Position numbers and translations under genes: made by a program
The notes under the pieces: model-generated
Database searches by the model: none
What the model was told of the DNA's origin: nothing
Seen by the model: only the letters and a program-made list of their open reading frames with translations
In this document: positions 12,122 to 24,099 of the stretch, in pieces
Numbering within the stretch: position 1 is the first letter of the stretch
Layout of the letters: each line of letters begins with the position of its first letter
Origin: Octopus sinensis
Taxonomy: Eukaryota
NCBI RefSeq assembly: GCF_006345805.1
Contig: NC_043019.1
Span: 9,299,360-9,363,359, forward strand
Length of the DNA: 64,000 nt
Direction: 5' to 3'

Positions 12122-12459
12122 GAAGGCGCATGGCTCAGTGGTTAGAGCGTCGAGCTTACGATCGTGAGGTTGTGAGCTCGAATCCCGGACCAGGCTGCGT
12201 GTTGTGTTCTTGAGCAAGACACTTTATTTCACGTTGCTCCAGTTCACTCAGCTGTAGAAATAAGTTGCGACGTCACAGGTACCAAGCTGTATCTGCTGTT
12301 GCATTTCCCATGGATAACACTGGTGGCGTGGAGAGGAGGGGCCGGTATGCATGGGCGACTGCTGGTCTTCCATAAACAATCTTGCCTGTTCTTGGTGCCT
12401 GGGAGGGTAACTTTCTAGGTGCAATCCCATAGTCTGTGTCGTGACCGAAGGGGGTCTCA
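12122..12459 (+). mobile_element. SINE family C (tRNA head, CORE/Meta-like central domain)
   Basis: A box tggctcagtgg, B box ctcgaatccc, cttgagcaagacactttatttcac..cagctgtagaaat; second copy at 18115. Confidence 0.88.
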
Positions 12460-13969
12460 GATATATAGACATATATGTATGTATATGTTTATACATACAT
12501 GGAGCGTGTGTGCCGGTGGGTGGTTGCTTTTGCGTTTTTCCTAGTTTATTGATTCTATGCTGAAACCTTCACTTAGCGTTACTCTGAGGTTGCAAGATGA
12601 GCGAAGCGTCGTTCTTTGGCTGGTCTTTTATGTAACGGAAAATATGGATGTTTTAATTCACAACGTGAAGTGACGCAACTGTAAAGTACACACGGCTTTA
12701 TCTGATGCTCTGCCGATTCTTTCATCCAACACTTTTGATCTATTCAATATTTATAATCATTTGACAACAACAAACAATTACCAACACTAACAACAAAAAC
12801 AAATATAGCGTCAATGACAACAACAACCCCAACAGCGGCGGCGGCGGCGGTAACACAAAGAACAGAAGCAATGACACGAACAACAACAAAAATAACGACA
12901 ACAATAAATTCCCGAAAATCAGAATTAATAAAGAGTTGCAATTATGTAAACAACAGTTTAATGAAAAGGAGAAAGTAATTAATATCGCTCCTTTTGCTGC
13001 TGCTGCTGCTACTTTCACCAGTAACAACACGAACACCGCCATGTTGACACGGCTGTCGATATAAAGAGAAACCACGTTGATGTAAATGATTGTTTCACAA
13101 CATGGTCTGCGATGGTGGCGCTGGTGTTGGTGGTGGTGGTGAGTGAGAAGAGAACCTGAATAGAATAAAACGAAGAGAAAGAAAAGGTTTAAGAAAAAAA
13201 GAAAAAGGTACCAAAACTACATAAACAAGTTTATAAGGAACTTTAAACAACAACAAACAACAACAATATCAAACCATCAAAAACAAGGAAGGAAAACACC
13301 CATAAAACATATCAGCAAGAACAGCAAAAACTACATGACCACCACCAACGAAAAATAATAACAGAAACAAATAATTAAATTAACAAGAACCTTCATATTA
13401 ACACATTTTATAATTGCTTCAATATACGCCAGCTAGTCTCCCATAACTCCGCCACGACCACCACCTCAGAAATTGATGAAAGTCACATGAAGTATATTAT
13501 TACGTCTTTACAGTTATGTACGATCTTATATAATTTGAGGAAAATTTAGCTGTTATTTCTAGTAATATGAGCGGCCACTCAGGTTGAGTTTTTGGCTCAT
13601 TTTCCTGGGGGAGGCCAGGAGTGGACACGGGAAGCTTCTGAGCCGATGGTTGTTATGCGACGCTAATTGGGAATTAAGCCATTGGAAGTGTGGCTTTTTG
13701 CTTTAGATATCGACTGACAAGATTGCTTGTGCGAGCGCGCGCGCGCGCGCGTGTGTGTGTGTGTAAATTGTCCAGCGGTACTGAATCAATGAGATATAAT
13801 CATACCTGAGATTTGTATAGCAGGTAATAAAGCCGAATCGGTGCCCGCAAAGACAATCCCTCTGTGTAGATATTTTTAAATATAATTTAAGACTAACGAA
13901 AATCCGAACTAAATCAACTTCAGCATCTTAAAAGAAAAGAAAAAAAGACATAGCGCGTTAATCACTCTT

Positions 13970-13998
<29 letters not shown>

Positions 13999-14005
<7 letters not shown>

Positions 14006-14200
14006 TTTGTTTCAGTCATTTGACTGCGGCCATGCTGGAGCACCGCCTTTAGTCGAGCAAATCGACCCCGGGACTTATTCTTTGTAAGCCCAGTACTTTT
14101 TCTATCGGCCTCTTTTGCCGAACCGCTAAGTGACGGGGACGTAAACACACCAGCTTCGGTTGTCAAGCAAGCTAGGGGGACAAACACAGACACACAAACA
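13999..14200 (-). mobile_element. SINE family A, solo 3' half
   Basis: Reverse complement of the family 3' half, ending at the position of the internal microsatellite. Confidence 0.9.
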
Positions 14201-15465
14201 AACACAGTTTTGTTTTTCTCAAGCAGGATTAATAAAAGAATGGTTTTCTTCATTCTTTTATTTTAAAGCTTCAGCTTTTCAGCTTGCAAGCAATCCTTGT
14301 ACAGTTTTTCCTCTTGAAATATACCTGTATTAACATATCTGTCTGACAGATAGACAGACAGACAGACAGACATGCTGCAAATAACTGATACGCATAATTT
14401 TGATTGACACCTCAAGAGTAATTAGTTAATTAGTTGCATATATTATTTCATAATATTGATCCGTGAGATCGAATTGAGATGACGTAGTTGTAAATTAATC
14501 TAATCCTTCCTACTATAGGCACAAGGCCTGAAATGTATGGGGGGTGACGAGTCGATTACTTAAATATGGAAGTAGTTCTTAGAGAATCAGACTGGAGCTT
14601 TCAATAAAAGGACGGAACCGTTTTTTCTGGTTGATTCTCAAGAGAAAGCCAAGATTGTTCAGCTTAGTTCCATGTGTAGTAGCAGCAGTAGTAGTAGGAG
14701 CAGTACAGTCACACAAAAGTCAGCAGCACTTTTAAGTGGGTATTAATTACATTTTAATAAATATTTTCGAGGACTGGTGACTGAGACAGGTTGAAAACAT
14801 TTTCTAATCCCGAAAAGCTTCGTTTCTCTCTATTTCCAAAATGACGCCTTTCCAGTCTTCGTTCTTTGAGAGATTATCATGAAAATCACCAGCATTTAAA
14901 AACACCGACTCTTCTACTTTCATGGTTGTTGTACAAGTTCTAAGGAAGTGTCTTGCTGTGTGCTTCCTTTAAAAGTTTAATGATTATAATGCGTTGGTAG
15001 TGCTGAGGAAGAGTGACTTGTCATGTCCGCATAAGGCGAAGCTATTTTCAAGGTCTCTGTGTTGCTAGAAGTGGAGCAGATACGATGCGAAGTGTCTAGG
15101 CTGCGGGGGAATGACGCCATTGCGTGAAGCAGTTTTGAAGAAAGAATGGTGACGGGGGTGGGTGGCGGGAAGAGTTTGGGCGGTTAGAAATAACAGCAAC
15201 TATATATGGATGTATAAATGTATGTATAATATACATGTATGTATTTATTTATGTATTAAGGTGTGTTTGTAATTGCTTTATGTGTGGAGACTTGCACGTG
15301 CTCTGTATACGTTAAACCGCCTTGGAGAGTGGGGAAGAAAGTGGCAGTTTATTTATTCAGCTACATGTATGCGTGTGTGTGTGTGTTGTGTGTGTGTGTG
15401 TGTAGGGAATAACTTTTCAAGTTGTATTGGAAACAGACGTAGTTTCAATACAACACACGCATGCC

Positions 15466-15506
<41 letters not shown>

Positions 15507-16385
15507 ATATATTGTTAATGCTTATGTTATCTATAATAGAATCAGCCCATCTTCTACATTGGACTTCCTAATCACCGAGGACGTCTGCAACAGCGGCATT
15601 ACGTAAGTAGGCGAACCCTAGTAAGTAGACGGATTATACAGAGAGAGAGAGAGAGCGAGGCAGAGAGAGCGAGGGACAAAGAGGATTTGAACTGTTACCA
15701 ATTCCATTCAAACATATGTAATCCATTGTGTCAGCTGATTGATGTGGGGCTGGGGTGGGGTTGAATTATAAACTATTAAATGTCAACAATATGGCTGACG
15801 GCAATACCTCGAGAGAATATTCTCCATAACAACCACAAATCAAGTCGCCTCTTTCATGTGTAATGGAGTAAGGTGAAAGGAATCACATTTAATTGAGTTT
15901 ATCCACGTAATTAATCGAAAGAATCTCCCTCCAGCGCGTATTCTTTTCTTCGAACTTCGACTCAGGTCCATCATCTCCTCATATGTTGACCGTCGTAAAA
16001 GTCGATCGCAGCGTGAAGCTCAGAGAAACTACGGAGTACATCACCATCTATCGATCTGTCTGTCTGTCTGTATGTTTGACTGGCTCTCTGTCTATTTATC
16101 TGTCTCTCTGGTTGTTTACCTGTCTGTCTACCAATGTCTATACTTCGAGATATCTATCTATCTATTCATCTTTCTCTCTTTTTCTTATATATATATATAT
16201 AGAGAGAGAGAGAGAAAGGTCTGTCAATCAATCAATCAGTGTACCTGTCTGTCTATTTCTCTCCCCCTCTCTTTCTCTTCGTCTCTCTACGTATCTCTGG
16301 CTATTTGCCAACCTACTTACCTGTATGTATATATGTACGTACACACACACGCACACACACACACACATAGATAGATATGCGTGAA

Positions 16386-16800
16386 TGTTGCCTTGGTGTG
16401 TATCGAGAGACAGTTGGACTGCTAAATCATTCTTAACATAGCCATTGCGCGTTCTGCATCCTCGAAAATTCTTTCCCCAAAACCCAATTCAAGCGAACCG
16501 TTCCTTGCAACTCTCAGCCCACAAATATCTGAAGTGATCAGCGGACTTTATTATTACTTCTCTACCATAAATTCAATGTTGTGGCTTGATTTATATTCAT
16601 AATTTCTCTCTTTGAACACTTAATAAGCAGACCAGCGTTGCTTCCCTCTCTTATTAAACTCTCCAATATTAGTTGCATGTCTTCTGTTGTCCTTATAATC
16701 AGTGCGGATCAATATTACTTTATGGACATCGATCTTGGCACAGTACAACTACATCTGCTGCTAAATTCCCAGTCTTTGAACACAAAGCCTTATGTAGAAT
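16386..16800 (-). mobile_element. Decayed RTE-type LINE RT fragment
   Basis: Minus strand reads DMQLILESLIREGSNAGLLI.., KSADHFRYL.., RAMAML, resembling RTE RT after the YADD motif. Confidence 0.5.
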
Positions 16801-17269
16801 ATTAAATATCGGATGACAAGATTATGGGAACAAGGAAAGGGTTCCAGAAATCGTTAATGTAACACCAATTGATGTATTTATACGGATGTCATGATGCAGC
16901 TGGTTGGGTCAGTTGCGTAGAGACTGTGGAAGCTGCGTTTGGGATAATCCCAGTTGGAGATGGCGAGAAGCACGGGGGAGGACGATGCGAAGGGAGACGG
17001 AAAATGGATGATAGAACGAAAGAACTGGCAGGAGATCGGTGAGTTTGGAGAAGATTTTATCCCATAAATGCCAGGGGATGGGGGGATAGGCAGATACATG
17101 GATAGATAGACAGACAGACAGACATATATATGTGTGTGTGTGTGTCTGTGTGTGTATGTGTGTATGCATGTATGTGCATCTATCTATCCATCCATCCATT
17201 CATCCATCCACATGCATACATTCAGACATATAGCTGCTGCCCCAGCATGAAGAGTATCATTACACAAGG

Positions 17270-18010
17270 TCAATATCAGGAGCCGGTATCCAGCTGTAAA
17301 TTCCAGGACTCGGGATCCTATCCACTTGACCAACGATATAGGGTTATGTCATATACGAGGTAGAAGTTGCTGCAACCGCTAAACGATAATCCAACAAATA
17401 AGAAGAGATATATTGGATTATGTGAGGAGAATTTTAAAAATCGTTATACCAATGACATCGCCTGCTTCTGGCATAAGGACAAAAGCAAAGCTACTAAGCT
17501 GACTAACCACGGATGGAGTTTGTAAGATAACGAAACACCACATGTTATTAAGTGGAAAATAACTGAAGACGCCACACCTTATGTTAATTGATCAAATAAA
17601 TGAAGGCTACGTGTAACTGAATGCGCTCAGATCCTTTTTCAGAGCTTAGATCCCTCACTTTCTATTGAACTCTAGGTCTGAAATTTTCAGCAGTTGTAAA
17701 CATATGTTGAAGTACATTTTGAATAAGTGGAAAATTCCCTTTACCTCATTGACTTGTTGATATCTTTCCACTCTTAAAATTTAAGGTCTAAGGAGATAAC
17801 GCTTTTACCATTTTACTTTTTAATTTTTACCTTTCCGTTTTCAGTTTTTGGTTTTCCGTTTTTTAACCTTCAAAGTTTTCTACATGCTTCCTTCTCAACT
17901 TTTCGCGTCTCTTCTCTAATTCAAGTTTTATTTCGTTATCATATGTGGTTTGTGCCTGATGACTATTTTGGGGGTATTTCTCAACACATGAAACTATTAC
18001 TGGCACATGA
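17270..18010 (+). mobile_element. Penelope-like relic: GIY-YIG endonuclease and 3' terminal region
   Basis: YPL..VIYEVEV, RRYIGLCEENFKNRYTN, KLTNH.W, IKWKI..ATPYVN, LNSRSEIFSSCKH motifs. Confidence 0.88.
17951..18007 (+). ncRNA. Degenerate type I hammerhead relic at PLE 3' end
   Basis: TGTGC CTGATGA ... GAAAC TATTA CTG GCACA; stem I (5 bp) and core intact, stem II and cleavage triplet decayed. Confidence 0.45.
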
Positions 18011-18114
18011 AATCATTTATTATCTCTCTTAAATAGTGTGTGTGTGTGTGTTGCCTTGGTGTGTATCGAGAAACAGTTGGACTGCTATATCATTCTTAAC
18101 ATAGCCATTGCGCG

Positions 18115-18437
18115 TGAAGGCGCATGGCTCAGTGATTAGGGCGTCGAGGCTGTGAGTTCGAATCCCGGACCGGGCTGCGTGTTTTGTTCTTGAGCAAGGC
18201 ACTTTATTTCACGTTGCTCCTGTTCACTCAGCTGTAGAAATGAGTTGCGACGTCACAAGTGCCAAGCTTTATCGGCCCTTGCCTTTCCCTTGGACAACAC
18301 TGGTGACGTAGAGAGGGGAGGCCGGTATGCATAGGTAACTGCTGGTCTTCCATAAACAACCTTACCTGGACTTGGTGCCTGGAAGGGTAACTTTCTAGGT
18401 ACAATCCCACGGTCAGTCATGACCGAAGGGGGTCTCA
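18115..18437 (+). mobile_element. SINE family C, second copy
   Basis: Collinear with 12122-12459, ending gaccgaagggggtctc. Confidence 0.88.
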
Positions 18438-18825
18438 GCAGTGTGTGTATGTGTGTGGTATGCTGTTCTTATGATTTGATTATGTTATAATGAAAATCCC
18501 GACAACATATTATTGGATGTAAGTATATTGTCCTTCAGTTTTGTTTCTTTTTCGTTTTGTTTGCGTTTTTTTCGCCAATATAAACTCGTAAACTAAAGGG
18601 TGTAATTCTCCATAGATACTGGTCTCGATGGTGCACAATTAACAGGTCAAATCATGGCAGCTGTCGAACATTCCATAAGCAAACCAACTGCAAATTTGAC
18701 TCAGATACTGAAGGGAGGACGGGATTGAAAGCACCAAATTCTGTTTGGATCATCAACTGTCCGGAATCATAAATTTTTATTGATCAATATTCTTTCAAAT
18801 CTTCCTTCAATATTTAATTATTGAA

Positions 18826-19033
18826 ATAAGGCTGCGAACAGAGAGAATCGTTGGCACACTGGGCAGAATGCTTTGCGGCACTTCGTCCGTCCTTACATTT
18901 TATCAAAGTCGACTTTGCCTTTCATCCTATCAGGATCGATAAAAAATAAGCTCTAGTTAAGAACTGGAGTCGATGTGATCTACCTACCCACGCCTCCGAA
19001 ATTGCTGGCCTTGTACTAAAATGTGAAACCAAT
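18826..19033 (+). mobile_element. SINE family B, diverged
   Basis: aaggctgcga..gtcgactttgcctttcatcc..gatcgataaaa..ctggagtcgatgt family motifs. Confidence 0.75.
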
Positions 19034-19039
19034 GATTAA

Positions 19040-20070
19040 AGGTCTTTGGAACAGGGAATAAGTGGTGATCCCTTTAAGAACGAGTGTTCTTCTGTGGTGT
19101 GCTGACGGAACGAAGTCTAAAACGTTTCCAGCAATTTCTGTGTCGATGCTCTCTACTCTTTTGTTCATTAAGATGGCACTTCACATCATAGAGCCATGAG
19201 GATCTCAACGACTTCAGTTTGTGACACGTCTTCCATTCTGAGTCATAAGTCTCCCAAACAACTTCAAGCTTCATATTTGCATTGGGTTTGGGTTGTTTTT
19301 TTTTTGGGGGGGGGGTTGGAGAAATTCGTTTTTTTAAAATCTTTTTTGTTGTAATTAAATTCCTTTTTGAGTAAATAGAAAATCGATGTCATGAAACTCC
19401 ATAAATAACATTTAGGAATGTGTGTGTGTGTGTGTGTGTATACACACATACACACACACACACACACATATATATATATTACACGCATACACCCACAGCA
19501 GTCACACTCACACACAGTCACACACACACACACACATACACACGCCCGGTATCTTATTTTTGACATTCTACGCCACGGATGTTCATCGTAGTCAAAAGGA
19601 GACAAACCCCGATCGCCTTTACACGTCACGTGGTTATTTTTAACCAATGACGTTAAACTTCCATCGAATTATCAAATTTGATTCCCAATCCCCATTAAGA
19701 AGAAAAAGAACCAATTTTCCAGTAACTTCTTAGCTTCTGGGAATCACATGTCTATTACTGCGGCACCGGCCATCAGCATTTTGGGTGCTTTCTACTAAAG
19801 AGCGCAGGTATCACAGGAAGCCAGTCTTAGTCAATAGAGATGACATTTCGTTTCTCGAGATGTTAGCCACGGCTGGAGTGAATGCTTATCAGTCGGGGAA
19901 AGATTCTCACTTCTTTCGATGCTTCCGTTTACCAAAGTTTCTGTTTTATTTGCTGATAATTTGCTACGAATATATTTTACGGGAATGTCTTTCTATGAAG
20001 ACGTCTTTCAATGAACTTCCTTTCCGGACATTATGCATTTGAACCTTGCCATTTTGACGACGGTGAGTCG
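19040..20070 (-). mobile_element. Possible very old Tx1/L1-clade LINE fragments (EN-RT linker), interrupted by microsatellites
   Basis: Weak minus-strand similarity by eye (ETLVNGSIE..; QNGRRV..DFVP..LKGIT). Confidence 0.3.
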
Positions 20071-20135
20071 ACGGATGTTCCTAGACACTTATTTAAATAT
20101 ACATGATTCTATATACGTATATATGCGCGTATAAT

Positions 20136-20167
<32 letters not shown>

Positions 20168-20168
20168 A

Positions 20169-20217
<49 letters not shown>

Positions 20218-20252
20218 TGAGAGAGAGAGAGAGAGAGATGTATATATATATA

Positions 20253-20429
20253 GGCGCAAGAGTAGCTATGTGGTAAGAATCTTGCTTACCAAGCGCATGG
20301 CTCCGGGTTCAGTCCCACTGCGTGGCACCTTGGGTATATGTCTCCTACTACAGCCTCGGGTCGACCAAAGCCTTGTGAGTGGATTTGGTAGACGGAAACT
20401 GGAAGGAGCCTATCGTGTGTGTGTGTGTG

Positions 20430-20476
<47 letters not shown>

Positions 20477-20664
20477 TGTGTGTCTGTGTTTGCCCTTCCA
20501 CTATCGCTTGACAACCGATGTTGGTTTGTTTACATCCCCGTAACTTAGCGGTTCGGCAAAAGAAACTGATAAGTTTTGGGCTTACAAAGAATGTCCAGGG
20601 GTCGATTTGCTTGACTAAAGGCGGTGCTCCAGCATAGCCGCAGTCAAATGAAACAAGTAAAGGA

Positions 20665-20667
<3 letters not shown>
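20253..20667 (+). mobile_element. SINE family A, full copy with internal (TG)n(TA)n
   Basis: Head ggcgcaagagtagctatgtggtaag..gggttcagtcccactgcgtggcacc through gcagtcaaatgaaacaagtaaa. Confidence 0.93.
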
Positions 20668-20707
<40 letters not shown>

Positions 20708-20892
20708 TAAGCAATAAAGGGTTTAGCAACGAATTGCCTTACCACATACCGAATTTAGAAATAGCAGTCAAAGAGTTATAGCTATTTCTTCTACTAAAAA
20801 GGGAGATCTCAGTAAAAACAGCAATTGGAAGGCAGACACAAACAGGTAAGAGCGAATGAATTGACGGCAATCTATCATACAATTTTAAGTTA

Positions 20893-20992
20893 TCTACGGA
20901 CGCACGTTTCGAAATCAAGTTTTTAGGAAAGCATAAGAATTAAATATTAAATAATTCTACCTTACCAAAACTTCTTTTCTCTTCAGCGTAGA
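20893..20992 (-). ncRNA. Type I hammerhead ribozyme with intact core and extended stem II
   Basis: Minus strand: UCUACG CUGAAGA GAAA-(long hairpin)-UUUC GAAAC GUGC GUC^ CGUAGA; 6-bp stem I, G10.1-C11.1, A15.1-U16.1, C15.2-G16.2, GUC cleavage triplet. Confidence 0.85.
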
Positions 20993-21408
20993 ATACTATA
21001 ATCATAAATGATTATATATTGAATTTTGAGATACTAGAAGGCACCAACTCAACTCAGTATCAGAGCGAGCTAGAATCCGCAACTAGTATCACCAAATTCA
21101 ATAGCTATATTCATGCATACATTTATGCAAAGAAACACAAGATAAAGTAAAGCTAAGTGAACTAATTAGAAAGTGTTATTAATAAACTTGCTGAGACAAA
21201 TCGCGTTGATGAGATACGTGTCTTTCTGATGTGGCCACAACGCATTCCTCTTTTGCCCGCGCTGGCAGAGAGACACAACATTTGACTAGAGTCGAATTCT
21301 CAAGCCCGTGTCTACCTTATGTATACACACGCACACTCACACACGGCTGACTGTGTATGTACGCGTGTGTTTTGTGTGAGTGAATGTATATTTGACTACG
21401 TTGATTTG

Positions 21409-21444
<36 letters not shown>

Positions 21445-22299
21445 ATATATATATATATATAGGTTTGGGAAAAGGCAGGGAGGGCGAATGAATATCAGAA
21501 AATAAAAGTGATGGAGAGAGAAAGAAAGCGATGTCGAGGGAAGGCGAAAGACTTTCAGCGATGCCATTGGTGGATGAGGAGTACAAAACTAAAGTAGATC
21601 AGATTTAGAAGTCAGTGGAACTCAGCCCTGACCTAGACACGAAACCAAGCGCGAAACCGGCGTCCTGTGTTTACCGAAGAATCGCTTTCTGTTTGTACAT
21701 TGATGTGTCTGGATGTGGAGGGACGGAAGTGTTTGTATATTTGTACAAGAGATTTTCGTGTGTATATGGAAATCATTTGTACACACAGACACATGCGTAT
21801 GTTTTTGTTTATACGTGTACGTTTATATATATATGCATATATATATGCATATATATATATATATATATATGCATATACATATGCATACATATATGTGTAT
21901 ATATATATATATATGCATATACATATGCATACATATATGTGTATATATATATATATATATACATACATATATATATATATATTTCTTACGTACATGTGTG
22001 TGTAAAACAGAGAGAGGTGGGTTACATAGAACTGACTTCGGATTGGGAAAACGAAAAATGTTGCTTATCCTGCAGCTTTGCAATAAATTCCAAGTCGACA
22101 AATTATTTTATTGTTTTGATGAAAATTGTTCGATGCTTGAAAAATTTTGTTCAAATCTAATAAACTTTAATATGTCCTCAATGCATGAAATGTCACTGTT
22201 GGGCCCAAGGCCCAATGGAGAGCCCTGCACACGAGCTACCTTAAAAGTCGCTTGATAGGGCGGCTTTTAAACAAGTGTATGTGTATATGTATGTATGTA

Positions 22300-22661
22300 G
22301 GCGAAGGAGTGGTTGTGTGGTAAGTAGCTTGTTTATCAATCACATAGTTCCGGGTTCAGTCCCACTCTTGGGCAAGTGTCTTCTACTATAGCCTTGAGCC
22401 GACCAAACTCTTGTGAGAGGATTTCGTAGACGGAAACTGAAACAAGCCCGTCATATATATATATGTGTGTATATGTTTTTGTGTGTGTTTGTCCGCCCAA
22501 CATCGCTAGACAACCGATGTTGATGTGTTTACGTTCGGCAAAATATATCGATAGGATAAGTACTAGGCTTACAAAGAATAAGTCCTGGGGGCGATTCGTT
22601 CGATTAAAGGTGGTGCTCCAGCATGGCCGCAGTCAAATGACTGAAAGAAATAAAAGAAAAA
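22300..22661 (+). mobile_element. SINE family A, full copy
   Basis: Family head, body and 3' end. Confidence 0.92.
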
Positions 22662-22672
22662 GACTAAAAAAT

Positions 22673-22703
<31 letters not shown>

Positions 22704-22849
22704 GACACGTATGTATATAAGTTATGCATTTGTGTGGGGATGACGGATGTATGCATATCACCTCTCTCTCGCCCTCACTGATATATATATATGTATGTGT
22801 GTGCGTGTATGTAATGTGTATATGTTTATATGTGTTCGCGCTTGTGTGT

Positions 22850-23800
22850 ATTACAGCATTTTACCAATTCTAGTGGCAATCCCTATTTACAAGTGAGAAT
22901 GTCAAACTGATATTACTTTCTGCCATTCCATCATTTCAAGAATTTTACAGACGCCACTCGCCTATTCTCTTCCACTCCTAAAGATTGAATTTCAATTTTA
23001 ACTTCCATCCTTCATTTTATTTAAAGAATGGATTCATTATATACTTCACTGGCATCGACCTAAGTCCTGTCGCTTAGCGCCGACTCAATCCTCTTTGAGC
23101 CCAGGCGTTCTACTTTGATCATTCCTTTCTTTTGTATATTTAAGACTTTGTCGAATGTATCCCTTCCATTTTGTTCTTTTTTTAAGACGTTGCTTTTCTG
23201 CATGAGTTTCGTCTCTAACACCGCGACTTTCGTGTTTCGCGTTCAAGAACTCCATCGAAGTCTACTCTGGCCGTTAGCAACTCGGTGACGACCCCACTTT
23301 TTTCTCAGTAACCTCTTTTACTCAGCTAGCCACCTCCTCCTCTCCTCTATTCTATTATGCACTCTTTAAGGTACCCCATTACCGTTGTGACTTCTAGCGC
23401 GGCATGGGTTTCTCTCTTGTCTTTTCTATTCTCCACCACTATTTTGTGAATCCTCCGATCCAGATTCTATTCTTTGTTTCTCCTTACCAGGCGATGAGAT
23501 GGTGCTGCTGTGTGATAGGATCGTTGGTCTCCAGACCCTGGTATGTGGCAACCTCTTCTGCCATTTTCGAATTTGTGATTGATGGAATTTTGGGAACTGG
23601 GGCATGTTGCTCTTGTTATTGCTTCTGCTCTTTTCTGCTACCTTCACTTTTCCTTTTGCTTTCCCAGTACTTCAGTGCATATATCACAACTAAAACAGAT
23701 TTTTTTTGCACAGCCAAAGATCGCTTTTTTTCCTAAAAATCCATTCAATAGCGACAATCTTGCTTCACACACCGGACGGCGAGTCCGCTAGCCACTGATT
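22850..23800 (-). mobile_element. Possible old Tx1/L1-clade 5' region (ORF1 end and APE start)
   Basis: Purine-rich minus strand; KVAVLETKL resembles APE motif DV..(Q/S)ET; otherwise weak. Confidence 0.25.
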
Positions 23801-24099
23801 TAAAGAGCAACGAAAAGCCACAGCCTCTTTTAAAACGGTTTGAAAATCTACGAATTTTCACTCTGTACATGCTGTTTGGGTAGGAATGTTAGTTTGTGAT
23901 ACATAATATCTATTAAATAATCCTATTTTACAAGGAAATTCTCAAAGACTAAGGGCTTCCGTCCGATTTTTGCGAGCAAGCCAAAGATCAAATGTAACCC
24001 CATAAATGCCTCTCGGCGTTCTGTCCAGTGTGCTAACGATTCTTCCAACTCGTTGCTTTGATGTTAATAGTTGCTATTTTCTATTAGCTATCCCAAACA

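Noticed and set aside
12122-12200. tRNA gene (also 18115 and the SINE A/B heads)
   Set aside because: A and B boxes are present, but the acceptor and anticodon stems do not close and the sequence continues into a SINE body
15154-15180. G-quadruplex motif gggggtgggtggcgggaagagtttggg
   Set aside because: Single marginal motif with an 8-nt loop and no functional context; expected by chance
20011-20062. First coding exon MNFLSGHYAFEPCHFDD before a GTGAGT donor
   Set aside because: It lies in probable antisense LINE debris, with no promoter or downstream exon evidence
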